A DNA stretch of 64,000 nucleotides from an uncultured Candidatus Rokubacteria bacterium (lineage in GTDB: Bacteria > Methylomirabilota > Methylomirabilia > Rokubacteriales > CSP1-6), in the NCBI GenBank assembly GCA_963789955.1, contig CAWBMV010000001.1, positions 800,001 to 864,000 of the forward strand, in the 5' to 3' direction. Position 1 is the first letter of the stretch, and the number at the start of each line of letters is the position of its first letter. This document shows, in pieces, positions 21,791-37,008 of this stretch. The position numbers and the translations under genes were made by a program. Below the pieces are notes generated by a model, which was not told the DNA's origin, ran no database searches, and worked only from the letters and a program-made list of their open reading frames with translations.

Positions 21791-23097
21791 CCTCCGCCGC
21801 CGCGACGCTCAAGCAGCGCCTGGCCACGAGCCCGATCGTGGGACTGATCGGCCTCGGATACGTCGGCTTGCCCCTGGCCGTCGCGTTCGCCGAGTCGGGC
21901 GCGACCGTGATCGGCGTCGATCTCGACGCGCGTCGCGTCGCCGCCATCCGCGCCGGCACGAGCTTCATCGAGGACGTGCCGGCCGAGCCCTTGGCGCGTC
22001 TGGTGCGAGACGGTCGCCTCAGCGCCCACGACGACGTGGGAGCGCTGAAGGACGCTGACGCGATCGTCATTTGCGTGCCGACGCCGCTCGGCAAGTCGAA
22101 GGAGCCGGATATCTCCTTCATCGTGGCGGCGGCCGACGCCGTCGCCGCCATCATCCGGCCGGGTCAGCTGGTCGTGCTCGAGTCGACGACCTACCCGGGC
22201 ACGACGCGGGAGGTGCTGGCGCCGCGCTTCCAGGCGAAGGGCGTCGTCGTGGGGCGCGACGTCTTCCTGGCCTTCTCGCCCGAGCGGATCGACCCGGGCA
22301 ATCGGCGCTTCACCTTGCGCGACATTCCCAAGGTGGTCGGCGGCGTGACCGAGGCGTGCCGTGAGCTCGCGATGATGCTGTATGCGCGCGTCGCACCGCA
22401 GGTGGTTCCCGTCTCGGGGCCGGAGACGGCCGAGATGGTGAAGCTCTTCGAGAACACGTTCCGCTCGGTCAACATCGCGCTCGTCAACGAGTTCGCGATC
22501 ATGTGCCGCCGCCTCGGCCTCTCGGTGTGGGAAGTGATCGCCGCCGCGTCGACGAAGCCCTTCGGCTTCATGCCGTTCTATCCCGGTCCCGGCCTCGGCG
22601 GTCACTGCCTGCCTTCCGATCCGCACTACCTGTCGTGGAAGGTGCGACTCGAAGGATACGAGCCGCGCTTCATCACGTTCGCGGACGAGATCAACCGGCG
22701 GATGCCCGAGTACGTCGTGCAGTTGGTGGCCGACGCGCTCAACGATCGGAGCCGGGCCCTGCGCGGCGCGCGCATCCTGGTACTGGGCGTCGCCTACAAG
22801 GCCGGCGTCGCCGACGTGCGTGACTCGCCCGCGCTCGAGATCATCGAGGGCCTCCTGGCCAAAGGCGCGGCCGCCGAGTACCACGACCCCTACGTGGCGT
22901 CGGTGACGGTGGGCACTCGCGCGATGAAGTCGGTCGCCTGGGAAGCGGCCGCGCTCGCGTCGCGCGACGTCGTCTTGATCCTGACCGCCCACGCCAGCTA
23001 CGACTGGGCGACGATCGTCCGCGAAGCCCCCCTCGTGATCGACACGCGCAACGCGACCGGCTCTTTGCCTCCCGCGCCTCACATCATCCGCCTCTAA
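21787..23097 (+). CDS. UDP-N-acetylhexosamine 6-dehydrogenase (WbpA/WecC type)
   Basis: GLGYVGLP, CVPTP, ESTTYPGTT, SPERIDPG and GGHC; GTG start overlaps the upstream TGA. Confidence 0.93.
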   Translation: MTSAAATLKQRLATSPIVGLIGLGYVGLPLAVAFAESGATVIGVDLDARRVAAIRAGTSFIEDVPAEPLARLVRDGRLSAHDDVGALKDADAIVICVPTPLGKSKEPDISFIVAAADAVAAIIRPGQLVVLESTTYPGTTREVLAPRFQAKGVVVGRDVFLAFSPERIDPGNRRFTLRDIPKVVGGVTEACRELAMMLYARVAPQVVPVSGPETAEMVKLFENTFRSVNIALVNEFAIMCRRLGLSVWEVIAAASTKPFGFMPFYPGPGLGGHCLPSDPHYLSWKVRLEGYEPRFITFADEINRRMPEYVVQLVADALNDRSRALRGARILVLGVAYKAGVADVRDSPALEIIEGLLAKGAAAEYHDPYVASVTVGTRAMKSVAWEAAALASRDVVLILTAHASYDWATIVREAPLVIDTRNATGSLPPAPHIIRL

Positions 23098-23194
23098 GTG
23101 CCAGAACCGCCCGAACAGCGCATCGTCCGTGGGCCGGGCATCACCGCGCACTACGTCGCGTGCAGCGCCTCGCCGTGCTCCGAAGTCGCGAAAC

Positions 23195-23368
23195 CGGGGG
23201 CACCGGGGGAGGCGGAGGCGAGCGGGAGGGGTCGAAGGGACCCGTTCCCTTCAAGTGTCAGCGGACGTCGCGCGCCCGGATGGAGCCCAGCCGCCGCGGA
23301 GCAGCGCACGCGTGCCGCGTGGTCCTCTCGACCCCTCCCGCTCGCCTCCGCCTCCCCCGGTGCCCCCG
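23195..23368. repeat. Palindromic element B: 48-bp inverted repeat (two non-Watson-Crick positions) around a 78-nt loop
   Basis: 23195-23242 pairs with 23321-23368. The loop shares CGTTCCCT and GATGGAGCCCAGCCGCCGCGG...GCGTGCCGCGT with element A. Confidence 0.95.
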
Positions 23369-23396
23369 CCTCCCGCGGCCTCGAGCATGAAGTGAG

Positions 23397-24275
23397 ATGC
23401 TGAGAGCGATCGTGGTCTCGATGCGCCCGCGCCAGTGGGTGAAGAATCTGTTCGTCTTCGCGGGCCTGATCTTCGCGCAGCGTCTGTTCACCGGCGCAGC
23501 GTGGACCGCGCTCGCGGCGTTCGCGATCTTCTGCGGGCTGTCGGGCGCGATCTATCTGGTCAACGACGTCGCCGACCGCGAGCGGGATGGCCTGGATCCG
23601 CGCAAGCGGACGCGGCCGATCGCCGCCGGGCGGCTCCCGGTCGGGGTGGCCATCGCGGCGGCCGTCGTGCTCGTCGTCGTCGGCCTCGTACTCTCGGCGC
23701 TGCTGTCGCGCGCGTTCTTCGTCACCGCGCTCGCCTACGTCATCTTGTTGACCGCCTACTCGGCCTGGCTCAAGCACATCGTCATCGTCGACGCGATCGT
23801 CGTCGCCGGCGGGTTCGTGCTGCGCGCGGTCGCGGGCGCCGTGGCCATCGATGTCGAGATGTCGGGCTGGTTGCTCATCTGCACGATCCTGCTCGCGCTC
23901 TTCCTGGCCCTCGGCAAGCGCCGTTACGAGTACGTGGCCCTGGACCAGGACGCCGTGCGGCACCGGCCGATCCTCGCCGAATACAGCCCGGCGCTGCTGG
24001 ACCAGATGATCGCCGTCGTGACCGCGTCCACCGTGACCGCCTATGCGCTCTACACGATGTCGCCGGAGACCGTGGCCAAGTTCCACACGCACTGGCTGCC
24101 GGCGACGTTGCCCTTCGTGCTGTACGGGATCTTTCGATATCTCTACCTGTTGTATCAGCGGCGCCTCGGGGGCAACCCGTCGGAGCTCCTGTTGAGCGAC
24201 CGCGCGCTCCTGATCAATACGATCTGCTGGATCTGCGCGGTTCTACTGATCATTTACGGCGCGCGCCTAGAGTAA
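23397..24275 (+). CDS. UbiA-family polyprenyl-phosphate phosphoribosyltransferase (DPPR synthase-like)
   Basis: MRPRQWVKNLFVF, YLVNDVAD, RPIAAG, YSAWLKH and LALGKRR. Confidence 0.88.
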   Translation: MLRAIVVSMRPRQWVKNLFVFAGLIFAQRLFTGAAWTALAAFAIFCGLSGAIYLVNDVADRERDGLDPRKRTRPIAAGRLPVGVAIAAAVVLVVVGLVLSALLSRAFFVTALAYVILLTAYSAWLKHIVIVDAIVVAGGFVLRAVAGAVAIDVEMSGWLLICTILLALFLALGKRRYEYVALDQDAVRHRPILAEYSPALLDQMIAVVTASTVTAYALYTMSPETVAKFHTHWLPATLPFVLYGIFRYLYLLYQRRLGGNPSELLLSDRALLINTICWICAVLLIIYGARLE

Positions 24276-24287
24276 ACTATCGATAGC

Positions 24288-25366
24288 ATGCCCAGCGTAG
24301 TCGCCCTCCTCCGCACCCGTCCCGAGACCGTGGTGGAGGACTACGGGCGGCTCATGCGGCTGGTGAAGTACGGCGAGGTCCTGCCCCGTGATCAGGACCT
24401 GATCCTCAAGCTCAACCTCTCGTGGACCAAGTACTTTCCGGCGTGCTCGAGTCAGCCCTGGCAGGTCGACGGCGTCCTGACGGCGCTCGCCGAAGACGGC
24501 TACGACCGGCGGCGGATCTTCCCGGTCGAGAACAAGACCGTGGTCACCAACCCCGTCGCCGGCTGCCGCAACAACAAGTGGCGGCCGGTGCTCGATCGTC
24601 ACGGCGTGCCGTTCATCCCGCTGCCGGACGTCGAGTGGACCGTCTACAAGTTCCAGTCGCCGCTGCTCAAGCTGAACGCGATCTTCCCCGAGGGCATCGA
24701 GATCCCGAAGATGTACGTCGGCAAGAACGTCCTGCATGTCGCCCACCGTGTAAAGTTCACGGGCACTCGACGACCACCGGCGCGATCAAGAACGCCTTCG
24801 GCGGCCTCTTGAAGGAAGTCCGGCACTACGCGCACGAGTACATCCACGAGGTGATGGTCGATCTCATGTACATGCAGCGCGAGCTGCACCCGTCCGTGTT
24901 CGCGGTGATGGACGGCACCGTGATGGGCGACGGCGCCGGCCCGCGCACGATGGTGCCGCGCATGGGGAACTTGATCCTCGCGTCGGCGGATCAGGTGGCG
25001 ATCGACGCGATCGCGGCGAAGATCATGGGGTTCGATCCGCTGTCGATCCCGTACCTCCGGATGTGCCAGGAGCGAGGGCTCGGCGTCGCGGATCCGCGGA
25101 AGATCGAGCTCGTCGGCGACACGGATCTCGCGTCGTCGTCGATGGGGTTCAAGACCAGCCGGAGCCTCGTCATCTGGGGTGACCAGCTGATCCGCCGCGG
25201 CCCGCTGCGGCCGCTCAAGCGGCTGCTCCTGCATTCGCCGCTCGTGGTCTGGGCGCCATTCGCCTCGAACGTCTATCACGACATGCTCTGGTATCCGACC
25301 GTCGGCCGCTCGCGCATCCGGGCGTTCGCGAGCACGCCGTGGGGCCGGCTCTTCGAGAAATACTGA
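24288..25366 (+). CDS. DUF362 domain protein; frameshift at ~24745-24770
   Basis: LKLNLSW, K.HG..TTTGAIKNAFGGL and ADQVAIDA across two frames. Confidence 0.82.
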
Positions 25367-25367
25367 G

Positions 25368-26780
25368 ATGTCAGCACCGGTCCGCGTCCGGTTCGCGCCG
25401 AGTCCGACGGGTCACCTCCACGTCGGCGGCGCCCGCACCGCGCTCTTCAACTGGCTCTACGCGCGCCATCATCGCGGCACCTTCATCCTCAGAATCGAGG
25501 ACACCGACCGCTCGCGGTCGACCGACGAGAACATCGTCGCGATCGTCGACGCGCTCAGCTGGCTCGGGCTCGACTGGGACGAAGGCCCGCCGACCGCCGG
25601 CTATCGGCAGACCGAGCGGTTCGCGATCTACCGCGAGCACGCGCAGCGCATGCTCGCCGCCGGGCGCGCCTACTACTGCGATTGCCCGCCGGAGCTCCTC
25701 GATCAGGAGCGCGAGGCGGCCCAGAAGCGGAACGAGACGTTCCGCTACTCCGGGCGTTGCCGCGACCGCGGGCTCACCGCCGGCGCGCTGCGCCTGCGGA
25801 TCCCGACCGAGGGCGCGACGGTGGTCAACGACATGATCCACGGGCCGGTGACCTTCGAGCACACGCAGCTCGACGACTGGATCCTCGTTCGCACCGACGG
25901 CACGCCGACCTACAACTTTTGCGTCGTCGTCGACGACGTCACGATGCGGATCACGCACGTCATCCGCGGCGACGACCATCTGTCGAACACGCCGAAGCAG
26001 ATTCTGTGCTACGAGGCGCTCGACTATGCCGTGCCCGAGTTCGCGCACGTGTCGCTGATCCTGGGCAAGGACAAGAGCCGCCTCTCGAAGCGCCACGGCG
26101 CCACGTCGGTCCAGGCCTTCCGCGACGCCGGCTTCCCGGCCGACGCGCTCGTGAACTACCTGGCGCGGCTCGGCTGGTCGCACGGCGACCAGGAAGTCTT
26201 CTCGCGCGCCGAGCTCGTCGAGCTCTTCGACATCAAGAACGTCGCCACCTCGGCCGCGGTCTTCGACGTGACCAAGCTCGAATGGCTCTCGCAGCACTAT
26301 CTGAAGACGATGCCCGGGAGCCGGCTCGCCGAGCTCGCGACGCCGTTCATCCGCGCCGCCGGACTCGTGCCGCCCGAGGATCCGACGCGCTTCATCGGGA
26401 TGCTGGACACACTCCGCGAGCGCGCGAAGACCCTGGTCGAGCTGGTGGAGCAGGGGCGGTTCTATTTCGAGCGCCCGTCGGCGTACGAGCCCAAGGCGGC
26501 GCAGAAGCTCCTGACCGCCGAGGGCGCCCGGCGTCTCGGCCTGATGATCGAGCGCCTCGAGGCCGAGCGCGAGTTCACGGTGGCCGCGATCGAGCCGGTC
26601 GTGCGCGCGCTCACCGAAGAGCTCGGCCTGAAGCTCGTCGATCTCGCCCAGCTCGCGCGTCTCGCCGTGACGGGCCGCACGGCATCGCCGCCGATCTTCG
26701 ACGTGCTGGCGCTGATCGGCCGCGACGAATCGCTGACGCGCCTGCGCCGAGCGCGCGAGATCGCGGGACGCGCGGCGTGA
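25368..26780 (+). CDS. gltX: Glutamate--tRNA ligase
   Basis: RFAPSPTGHLHVGG, IRGDDHLSNTPKQ and LSKRHG. Confidence 0.97.
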   Translation: MSAPVRVRFAPSPTGHLHVGGARTALFNWLYARHHRGTFILRIEDTDRSRSTDENIVAIVDALSWLGLDWDEGPPTAGYRQTERFAIYREHAQRMLAAGRAYYCDCPPELLDQEREAAQKRNETFRYSGRCRDRGLTAGALRLRIPTEGATVVNDMIHGPVTFEHTQLDDWILVRTDGTPTYNFCVVVDDVTMRITHVIRGDDHLSNTPKQILCYEALDYAVPEFAHVSLILGKDKSRLSKRHGATSVQAFRDAGFPADALVNYLARLGWSHGDQEVFSRAELVELFDIKNVATSAAVFDVTKLEWLSQHYLKTMPGSRLAELATPFIRAAGLVPPEDPTRFIGMLDTLRERAKTLVELVEQGRFYFERPSAYEPKAAQKLLTAEGARRLGLMIERLEAEREFTVAAIEPVVRALTEELGLKLVDLAQLARLAVTGRTASPPIFDVLALIGRDESLTRLRRAREIAGRAA

Positions 26781-27505
26781 GACTCCTGCTCGCGCGTCAC
26801 GGACAGTCCCTGTGGAACGAGGTGCGCAAGTTCCAGGGCGCCAACGACGTGGGCCTGTCCGATCTCGGCCGAACGCAGGCCGCCGCCCTCGGGAGTGCCT
26901 TGCGCAGCGGCTATCGCGTGGCGGCCGCGTACGTGAGCCCGATGTGCCGCGCGCGCGACACGGCGGAGATCGCGCTGAAGGGGACGGGGATTCCGCTGAC
27001 GGCGATTCACGAGCTGCGCGAGCTCTCGCTCGGCGAGTGGGAGGGCTTCACCGTCGACGAGGTGCGCTCCCGCGAGGGTAATCCGTATCTCACGTGGGTC
27101 CGCTCACCGCTCGACTATCCGCCGCCCGGCGGCGAGCCGCTGCCCGACGTCTGCGCCCGCGTGCTGCAGGCGATCGATCGCATCGCCGCGAACCATCGCA
27201 ACGGTGAAGACGTCCTCGTCGTGGCCCACGGCGGCGTGATCAGCGTCTATCTCTGTCACCTCCTCGGCATCTCGTTCAACTCCCTCTGGCGCATGCGCAT
27301 CGACAACTGCTCCCTCACGATCGCCCGCCCCCCCCGCCTCGTGTCCGTGAACGACACCGCGCACCTCCCTCCGATGCACGGAACTAGGTGGTTTGAGGTG
27401 TCCGAGAGCGGGGGGCGGCCGGTGGGGGTGCCCCCCTCGACCCGTGTAGTCAGCGTCGACCCGGCGCCCCGCGCCCGGAAAAGAAACGCCGCGAGTCGTG
27501 GCTAG
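26777..27505 (+). CDS. Histidine phosphatase (PGM/CobC-like); true stop may be TAG 27385-27387
   Basis: LARHGQS, LRELSLGEWEG, GGE, VVAHGG and NDTAHL. The last ~40 aa read through palindromic element C. Confidence 0.9.
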   Translation: MRLLLARHGQSLWNEVRKFQGANDVGLSDLGRTQAAALGSALRSGYRVAAAYVSPMCRARDTAEIALKGTGIPLTAIHELRELSLGEWEGFTVDEVRSREGNPYLTWVRSPLDYPPPGGEPLPDVCARVLQAIDRIAANHRNGEDVLVVAHGGVISVYLCHLLGISFNSLWRMRIDNCSLTIARPPRLVSVNDTAHLPPMHGTRWFEVSESGGRPVGVPPSTRVVSVDPAPRARKRNAASRG

Positions 27506-27543
27506 CGTGGTCGAGGGGGGCACCCCCACCGGCCGCCCCCCGC
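27408..27543. repeat. Palindromic element C: perfect 35-bp inverted repeat around a 66-nt loop
   Basis: 27408-27442 is the exact reverse complement of 27509-27543. The inner junction is GACCCGT...GCGTGGTC, as in elements A and B. Confidence 0.93.
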
Positions 27544-27564
27544 CTCCGACACAGAGCGAGCTCA

Positions 27565-32588
<5,024 letters not shown>

Positions 32589-32654
32589 CCGCGCACCATG
32601 CCCGTAACCTCCAAGCCGGGCTCGTGGACCACGCCGCGCCGGATCGGGCGCCGC

Positions 32655-32904
32655 GGAGCCGGCTCGCACCCGTCTCAGGCCACCCGCGACCCAAGCCGGC
32701 CTCAAGGACCCCGCTACAATGGAGCCGGCTCGCGCCGATCTCAGGCCACCCTCGACCCAAGCCGGCCTCAAGGACCCCGCTACAATGGAGCCGGCTCGCG
32801 CCCGTCTAGGCCACCCGCGAAGCCGGCCTCAAGGCCCCGCTACAATGGAGCCGCTCGCCCGGCCACCCTCGACCCAAGCCGGCCTCAAGGACCCCGCTAC
32901 CATG
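32655..32904 (+). repeat. Four tandem copies (66/66/60/57 bp) ending in the polA start codon
   Basis: Unit GGAGCCGGCTCGC...AGGCCACCC.CGACCCAAGCCGGCCTCAAGGACCCCGCTACAAT; in-frame ATGs at 32719, 32785, 32845 and 32902. Confidence 0.95.
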
Positions 32905-35457
32905 AAACGCTTGTTCATCGTCGACGGTCACTCGCATCTGTTCCGCGCGTACCACGCGGTCGGATATCTCTCGACTTCCCGGGGCGTGCCGAGCCACGCG
33001 GTGCTGATCCTCAGCACGATGCTGTGGAAGCTCATCCGGGAAGAGCAGCCCGACTATCTGGCGATTGCGCTGGACCCGCCGGGTCCGACGTTCCGGGACG
33101 CGCTGTCGGCCGACTACAAGGCGACGCGCACCGCGATGCCGGACGATCTGGTCCGGCAGCTTCCCTACGTGCGCCGACTGTTCGAAGCGCTGCGCACGCC
33201 CGTGCTGGAGGTCAGGGGATTCGAGGCGGACGACGTGCTGGCGACCGTCGTCGACAAGGCGCTGGCGCAGCCGGAGCTCGAGATCGTCGTGGTGAGCGGC
33301 GACAAGGATCTGCTCCAGCTGGTGGGCCCGCGGGTTCGCGTCCTGAGCGTCGCCGGGCGCACCGGCGAGCCCGTGCTCTACGACGAGGCCAAGGTGCGCG
33401 AGCGCTGGGGCGTGGAGCCCGGACAGATCGCCGACGTGCTAGGGCTCATGGGCGACGCGATCGACAACATCAAAGGTGTCCGTGGGGTCGGCGAGAAAAC
33501 CGCGGTGAAGCTGATCGGCCAGTACGGCTCCATCGATCGCCTGTACGAACATCTCACGCTGATCCCCGGCAAGCTCCGCGAAACGCTCGCCGCCGGACGC
33601 AAGGACGCGCTCCTCTCGCGCGAGCTGGCGCTGCTGAACCGTCAGGTGCCGCTCGCCGTCGAGCTCGACGCGTTCCGTCGGGTCGAGCCCGACTGGGCGA
33701 AGCTGCGCCAGCTCTGGATGGAGATGGAGTTCACCCGGCTCGTGAAGGAGCTGCCGGCGCCGGCTCCACAGGCGCCGCCGGAGCCGTCGCAGCGTCTGGA
33801 GGGGCAGGCCGCGATCTCCGCGTGGCTCGGCGCCGTGCCGGCCGGCGCGCCGCTGGCGCTCGACTGGGCCGGCGAGTCGGCGCCGCCGAATCCGCGCATC
33901 GCCGGCCTCGCCGTGTTCCATCCGGCCGCCGGCCCCGCCGAGCTCGGCGCCGACGAGCCGCCGTCGTCACTCGGCGAGCGCACGCTGATCGTCCACGACG
34001 CGAAGCCGCTGATCGAATTCTGGCTCTCGCGCGGCGTGACCCCGCCGGCGATCCACGACTCGGCGGTCGCCGCCTACCTGCTGAACTCGGCCCGGCTGAC
34101 CTACAAGCTCGAGCAGGTCTGCATGGACGCGCTCAACGAGTATCCGCCGACGGCCGATCCGGCCCGCGCGTTCGGCATACGGGCCGAGTTCGCCTGGCGC
34201 TACTGGGAGCACGCGGAAGCCGAGCTCAAGGCCCGCGAGCTCTGGGCGATCTACGAGGAGATCGAGCGACCGCTGGTGCCGGTGCTGGCGCTGATGGAGC
34301 GTCACGGAATCCGCGTCGACCCGGCGCGCCTCGAGGCGTTCGCGAAGGAGCTCGAGCGCGATCTCGACAACCTGACGCGCGAGATCTATCAGCTCGCCGG
34401 CGGCGAGTTCACGATCGCCTCGCCCAAGCAGCTCGCGCAGATCCTCTTCGAGAAGCTGAAGCTGCCGCCGATCCGGAGAACGAAGACCGGCTACTCGACC
34501 GACGCCGACGTGCTGACCGAGCTGGCGCTCGGGCATCCGCTCCCGGCGAAGATCCTCGAGCACCGGAGCCTCGCGAAGCTCAAGGGCACGTACGCCGACA
34601 CCTTGCCCGGGCTGATCAATCCGAGCACCGGACGGATCCACACGACGTTCAACCAGCTCGTGGCGTCGACCGGACGGCTCAGCTCGCAAGATCCGAATCT
34701 CATGAACATCCCGATCCGCACGGAGCTCGGGCGCCGGATTCGCCAGGCGTTCATCCCGGAAGCGGGGTGGCGATTCGTTGCGGCGGACTATTCGCAGATC
34801 GAGCTGCGGATCCTCGCGCATCTGTCCGAGGAGCCGGCGCTGATCGAGTCGTTCGGACGCGGCGAGGACATCCACACGCGGACGGCCTCGGAGGTGTTCA
34901 AGATCCCGGCGGCCTCGGTCACGTCGCTCCAGCGTACGATCGCCAAGAGCGCCAACTACGCCATCCTCTACGGCGTGTCCGCGTTCGGGCTCTCGCAGGC
35001 GACCAAGATCGACCAGAAGGTCGCGCAGAAGTACATCAGCGACTACTTCGCGAGCCATCCGCGGGTGCGGGCGTTCATCGACCGCACCCTCGCCGAGGGC
35101 CGCGAGCGCGGCCACGTGAGCACGCTCCTCGGGCGGCGTCGCTATCTGCCAGATCTGGCGAGTGGTAACCCCGTGGCCCGCAATGCCGCCGAACGCATGG
35201 CGATGAACGCGCCGGTGCAGGGCACGGCCAGCGACATGATCAAGATCGCGATGGTCCGCGTGCAGGCGGCGCTGACCGAGCGCGGGCTCCGGGCGCGGAT
35301 GCTGCTGCAGGTGCACGACGAGCTCCTGTTCGAGGCGCCGCCGGACGAGGTCGCCGCGGTCGAGGCGCTCGCGCGCGAGATCATGGCGGCCGCGCTGCCG
35401 CTGAAAGTCCCCGTCGTGGTCGACGTCAAGGCCGGCGCCGACTGGGCGGAGGTATGA
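32902..35457 (+). CDS. polA: DNA polymerase I
   Basis: [32 protein letters not shown] and QVHDEL. Confidence 0.97.
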   Translation: MKRLFIVDGHSHLFRAYHAVGYLSTSRGVPSHAVLILSTMLWKLIREEQPDYLAIALDPPGPTFRDALSADYKATRTAMPDDLVRQLPYVRRLFEALRTPVLEVRGFEADDVLATVVDKALAQPELEIVVVSGDKDLLQLVGPRVRVLSVAGRTGEPVLYDEAKVRERWGVEPGQIADVLGLMGDAIDNIKGVRGVGEKTAVKLIGQYGSIDRLYEHLTLIPGKLRETLAAGRKDALLSRELALLNRQVPLAVELDAFRRVEPDWAKLRQLWMEMEFTRLVKELPAPAPQAPPEPSQRLEGQAAISAWLGAVPAGAPLALDWAGESAPPNPRIAGLAVFHPAAGPAELGADEPPSSLGERTLIVHDAKPLIEFWLSRGVTPPAIHDSAVAAYLLNSARLTYKLEQVCMDALNEYPPTADPARAFGIRAEFAWRYWEHAEAELKARELWAIYEEIERPLVPVLALMERHGIRVDPARLEAFAKELERDLDNLTREIYQLAGGEFTIASPKQLAQILFEKLKLPPIRRTKTGYSTDADVLTELALGHPLPAKILEHRSLAKLKGTYADTLPGLINPSTGRIHTTFNQLVASTGRLSSQDPNLMNIPIRTELGRRIRQAFIPEAGWRFVAADYSQIELRILAHLSEEPALIESFGRGEDIHTRTASEVFKIPAASVTSLQRTIAKSANYAILYGVSAFGLSQATKIDQKVAQKYISDYFASHPRVRAFIDRTLAEGRERGHVSTLLGRRRYLPDLASGNPVARNAAERMAMNAPVQGTASDMIKIAMVRVQAALTERGLRARMLLQVHDELLFEAPPDEVAAVEALAREIMAAALPLKVPVVVDVKAGADWAEV

Positions 35458-36095
35458 GCGCGCCCCGGAAGTTCCTGCTCGTCGGTCTCACCGGGGGGAT
35501 CGCGACGGGGAAGAGCACCGTGTCGGGGATCCTTCGCGGCCTGGGTTGCGAGATCATCGACGCCGATCTGCTCGCGCGCGAGGTGGTCGAGCCGGGCCAG
35601 CCCGCGCTCGCGCAGATCGCGACCGAATTCGGCCACGACGTCATCACCGGCTCGGGTGCGCTCGATCGAAAGAGGCTCGGCGCGATCATCTTCGCGAACC
35701 CCGAGCGGCGCCGGCGGCTCGAGGCCATCACCCATCCGGCGATCCGCGACCGGTTCCTCGGCGCGCCTCGACGAGCTAGCCGAGCGGGGCTTCGTGGGCA
35801 TCGTGGTCTTCGACGCGGCGGTGATGATCGAGAGCGGCAACTACAAGAACATGGATCGCCTGGTCGTCGTGGTCACGGACGATCCGACGCCAGATGGCGC
35901 GCCTGCACGGGCGTGACGGCACCGACGCGGCGGAGAACCGACGAAAGATCGACAGCCAGATGCCGCTCGCCGAGAAGGCCAAGCTGGCCGACTACGTGAT
36001 CGACAACTCCGGCGAGTCGTGAAGCGACCGCCGAGCAGGTCCGACGGGTCTTCGCGGCGCTCATGTCCGAGCTCGAGTCGCGGTTCGCGGTGTAG
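35454..36095 (+). CDS. coaE: Dephospho-CoA kinase; several frameshifts
   Basis: [30 protein letters not shown] and ADYVIDNSG across frames. Confidence 0.9.
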
Positions 36096-36124
36096 CCGCT
36101 GCTCCGTCACCGGCCGGCCGGATC

Positions 36125-36913
36125 ATGACCGTGACCAAGCGTCGGGCGCTCGGCCAGCACTTTCTCCGCGATCAGACGATCGCCCGCGCGATCGTCGATC
36201 TCGTCGCGCCGACCGAGCGCGACCTCGTCGTCGAGATCGGGCCGGGAGACGGGGCGCTGACGAGCCTTCTGGCCGGTCGCGCCGGCCGCGTGATCGCCCT
36301 CGAGATCGATCGACCTCTGGCCGCGGCGCTGCGCGCTCGGATGCCGACGGTGGAGGTGCTCGACGCGGATGCCCGGACGTGGGACTACGCCGCGCTGGCG
36401 GCGCCCGAGGGCGGGCGCGTCCTGATCCTCGGCAACCTGCCGTACAGCGTCGGGAAGCCGATCCTGATGGCGCTGATCGAGGCGCGCGCCGCGATTCACG
36501 AGATGGCGCTCATGCTCCAGCGCGAGGTCGCCGAGCGCGTCGCCGCCCCGCCCGGCGGCAAGACCTACGGAAGCCTGTCCATCTTCACCCAGCTCTACTG
36601 CGACGTGCGGCTGGCGTTCCGCGTCCCGCCGGGCGCGTTCCGCCCGCCGCCGAAGGTCGACTCGGCGGTCCTCCATCTGCGCGTGCTGCGCGAGCCGCGG
36701 GTTCCGCTGGCCGACCCACGCCGCTTCGAGAGCGTCGTTCGGGCGGCATTCGCCCAGCGCCGGAAGATGCTGGCGAACGCGCTCGCGGCAGGCCTCGGGC
36801 TGCCGCTCGACGTGGTGCGCCGCTCGGCGGCGGCTGCCGGCGTCGACCCGACACGCCGAGCCGAGACGCTGACCCTGTCCGAATTCGCGGCGCTGGCGAC
36901 CGGGCTTCCCTGA
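36125..36913 (+). CDS. rsmA: 16S rRNA m6,6A dimethyltransferase KsgA
   Basis: LGQHFL, VEIGPG, GNLPY, QREVAER, PKVDS and QRRKML. Confidence 0.96.
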   Translation: MTVTKRRALGQHFLRDQTIARAIVDLVAPTERDLVVEIGPGDGALTSLLAGRAGRVIALEIDRPLAAALRARMPTVEVLDADARTWDYAALAAPEGGRVLILGNLPYSVGKPILMALIEARAAIHEMALMLQREVAERVAAPPGGKTYGSLSIFTQLYCDVRLAFRVPPGAFRPPPKVDSAVLHLRVLREPRVPLADPRRFESVVRAAFAQRRKMLANALAAGLGLPLDVVRRSAAAAGVDPTRRAETLTLSEFAALATGLP

Positions 36914-37008
36914 GCGGGCTCCGGCCCGGCTCGCGTCCTTCGTCCCAGCGATTTCCGGCCGTTCGCCGCGGCTTGAGTCCGCGCGCCGCGCCGGGTACCA
37001 GACCTAGT

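Noticed and set aside
20692..23097. 801-aa aminotransferase-dehydrogenase fusion
   Set aside because: It arises from a frameshift near 21600. The DegT C-terminus is in another frame and stops at 21790, overlapping the dehydrogenase GTG.
11155..27543. Classical IS/MITE or intrinsic terminator interpretation of elements A-C
   Set aside because: No transposase, target duplication or shared outer termini; the loops are far too long and lack U-tracts for intrinsic terminators.
32655..32904. CRISPR array (GCTACAATGGAGCCG resembles one end of some type I-G repeats)
   Set aside because: The intervening segments are near-copies of each other rather than unique spacers, there are no cas genes, and the last unit runs into the polA ATG.
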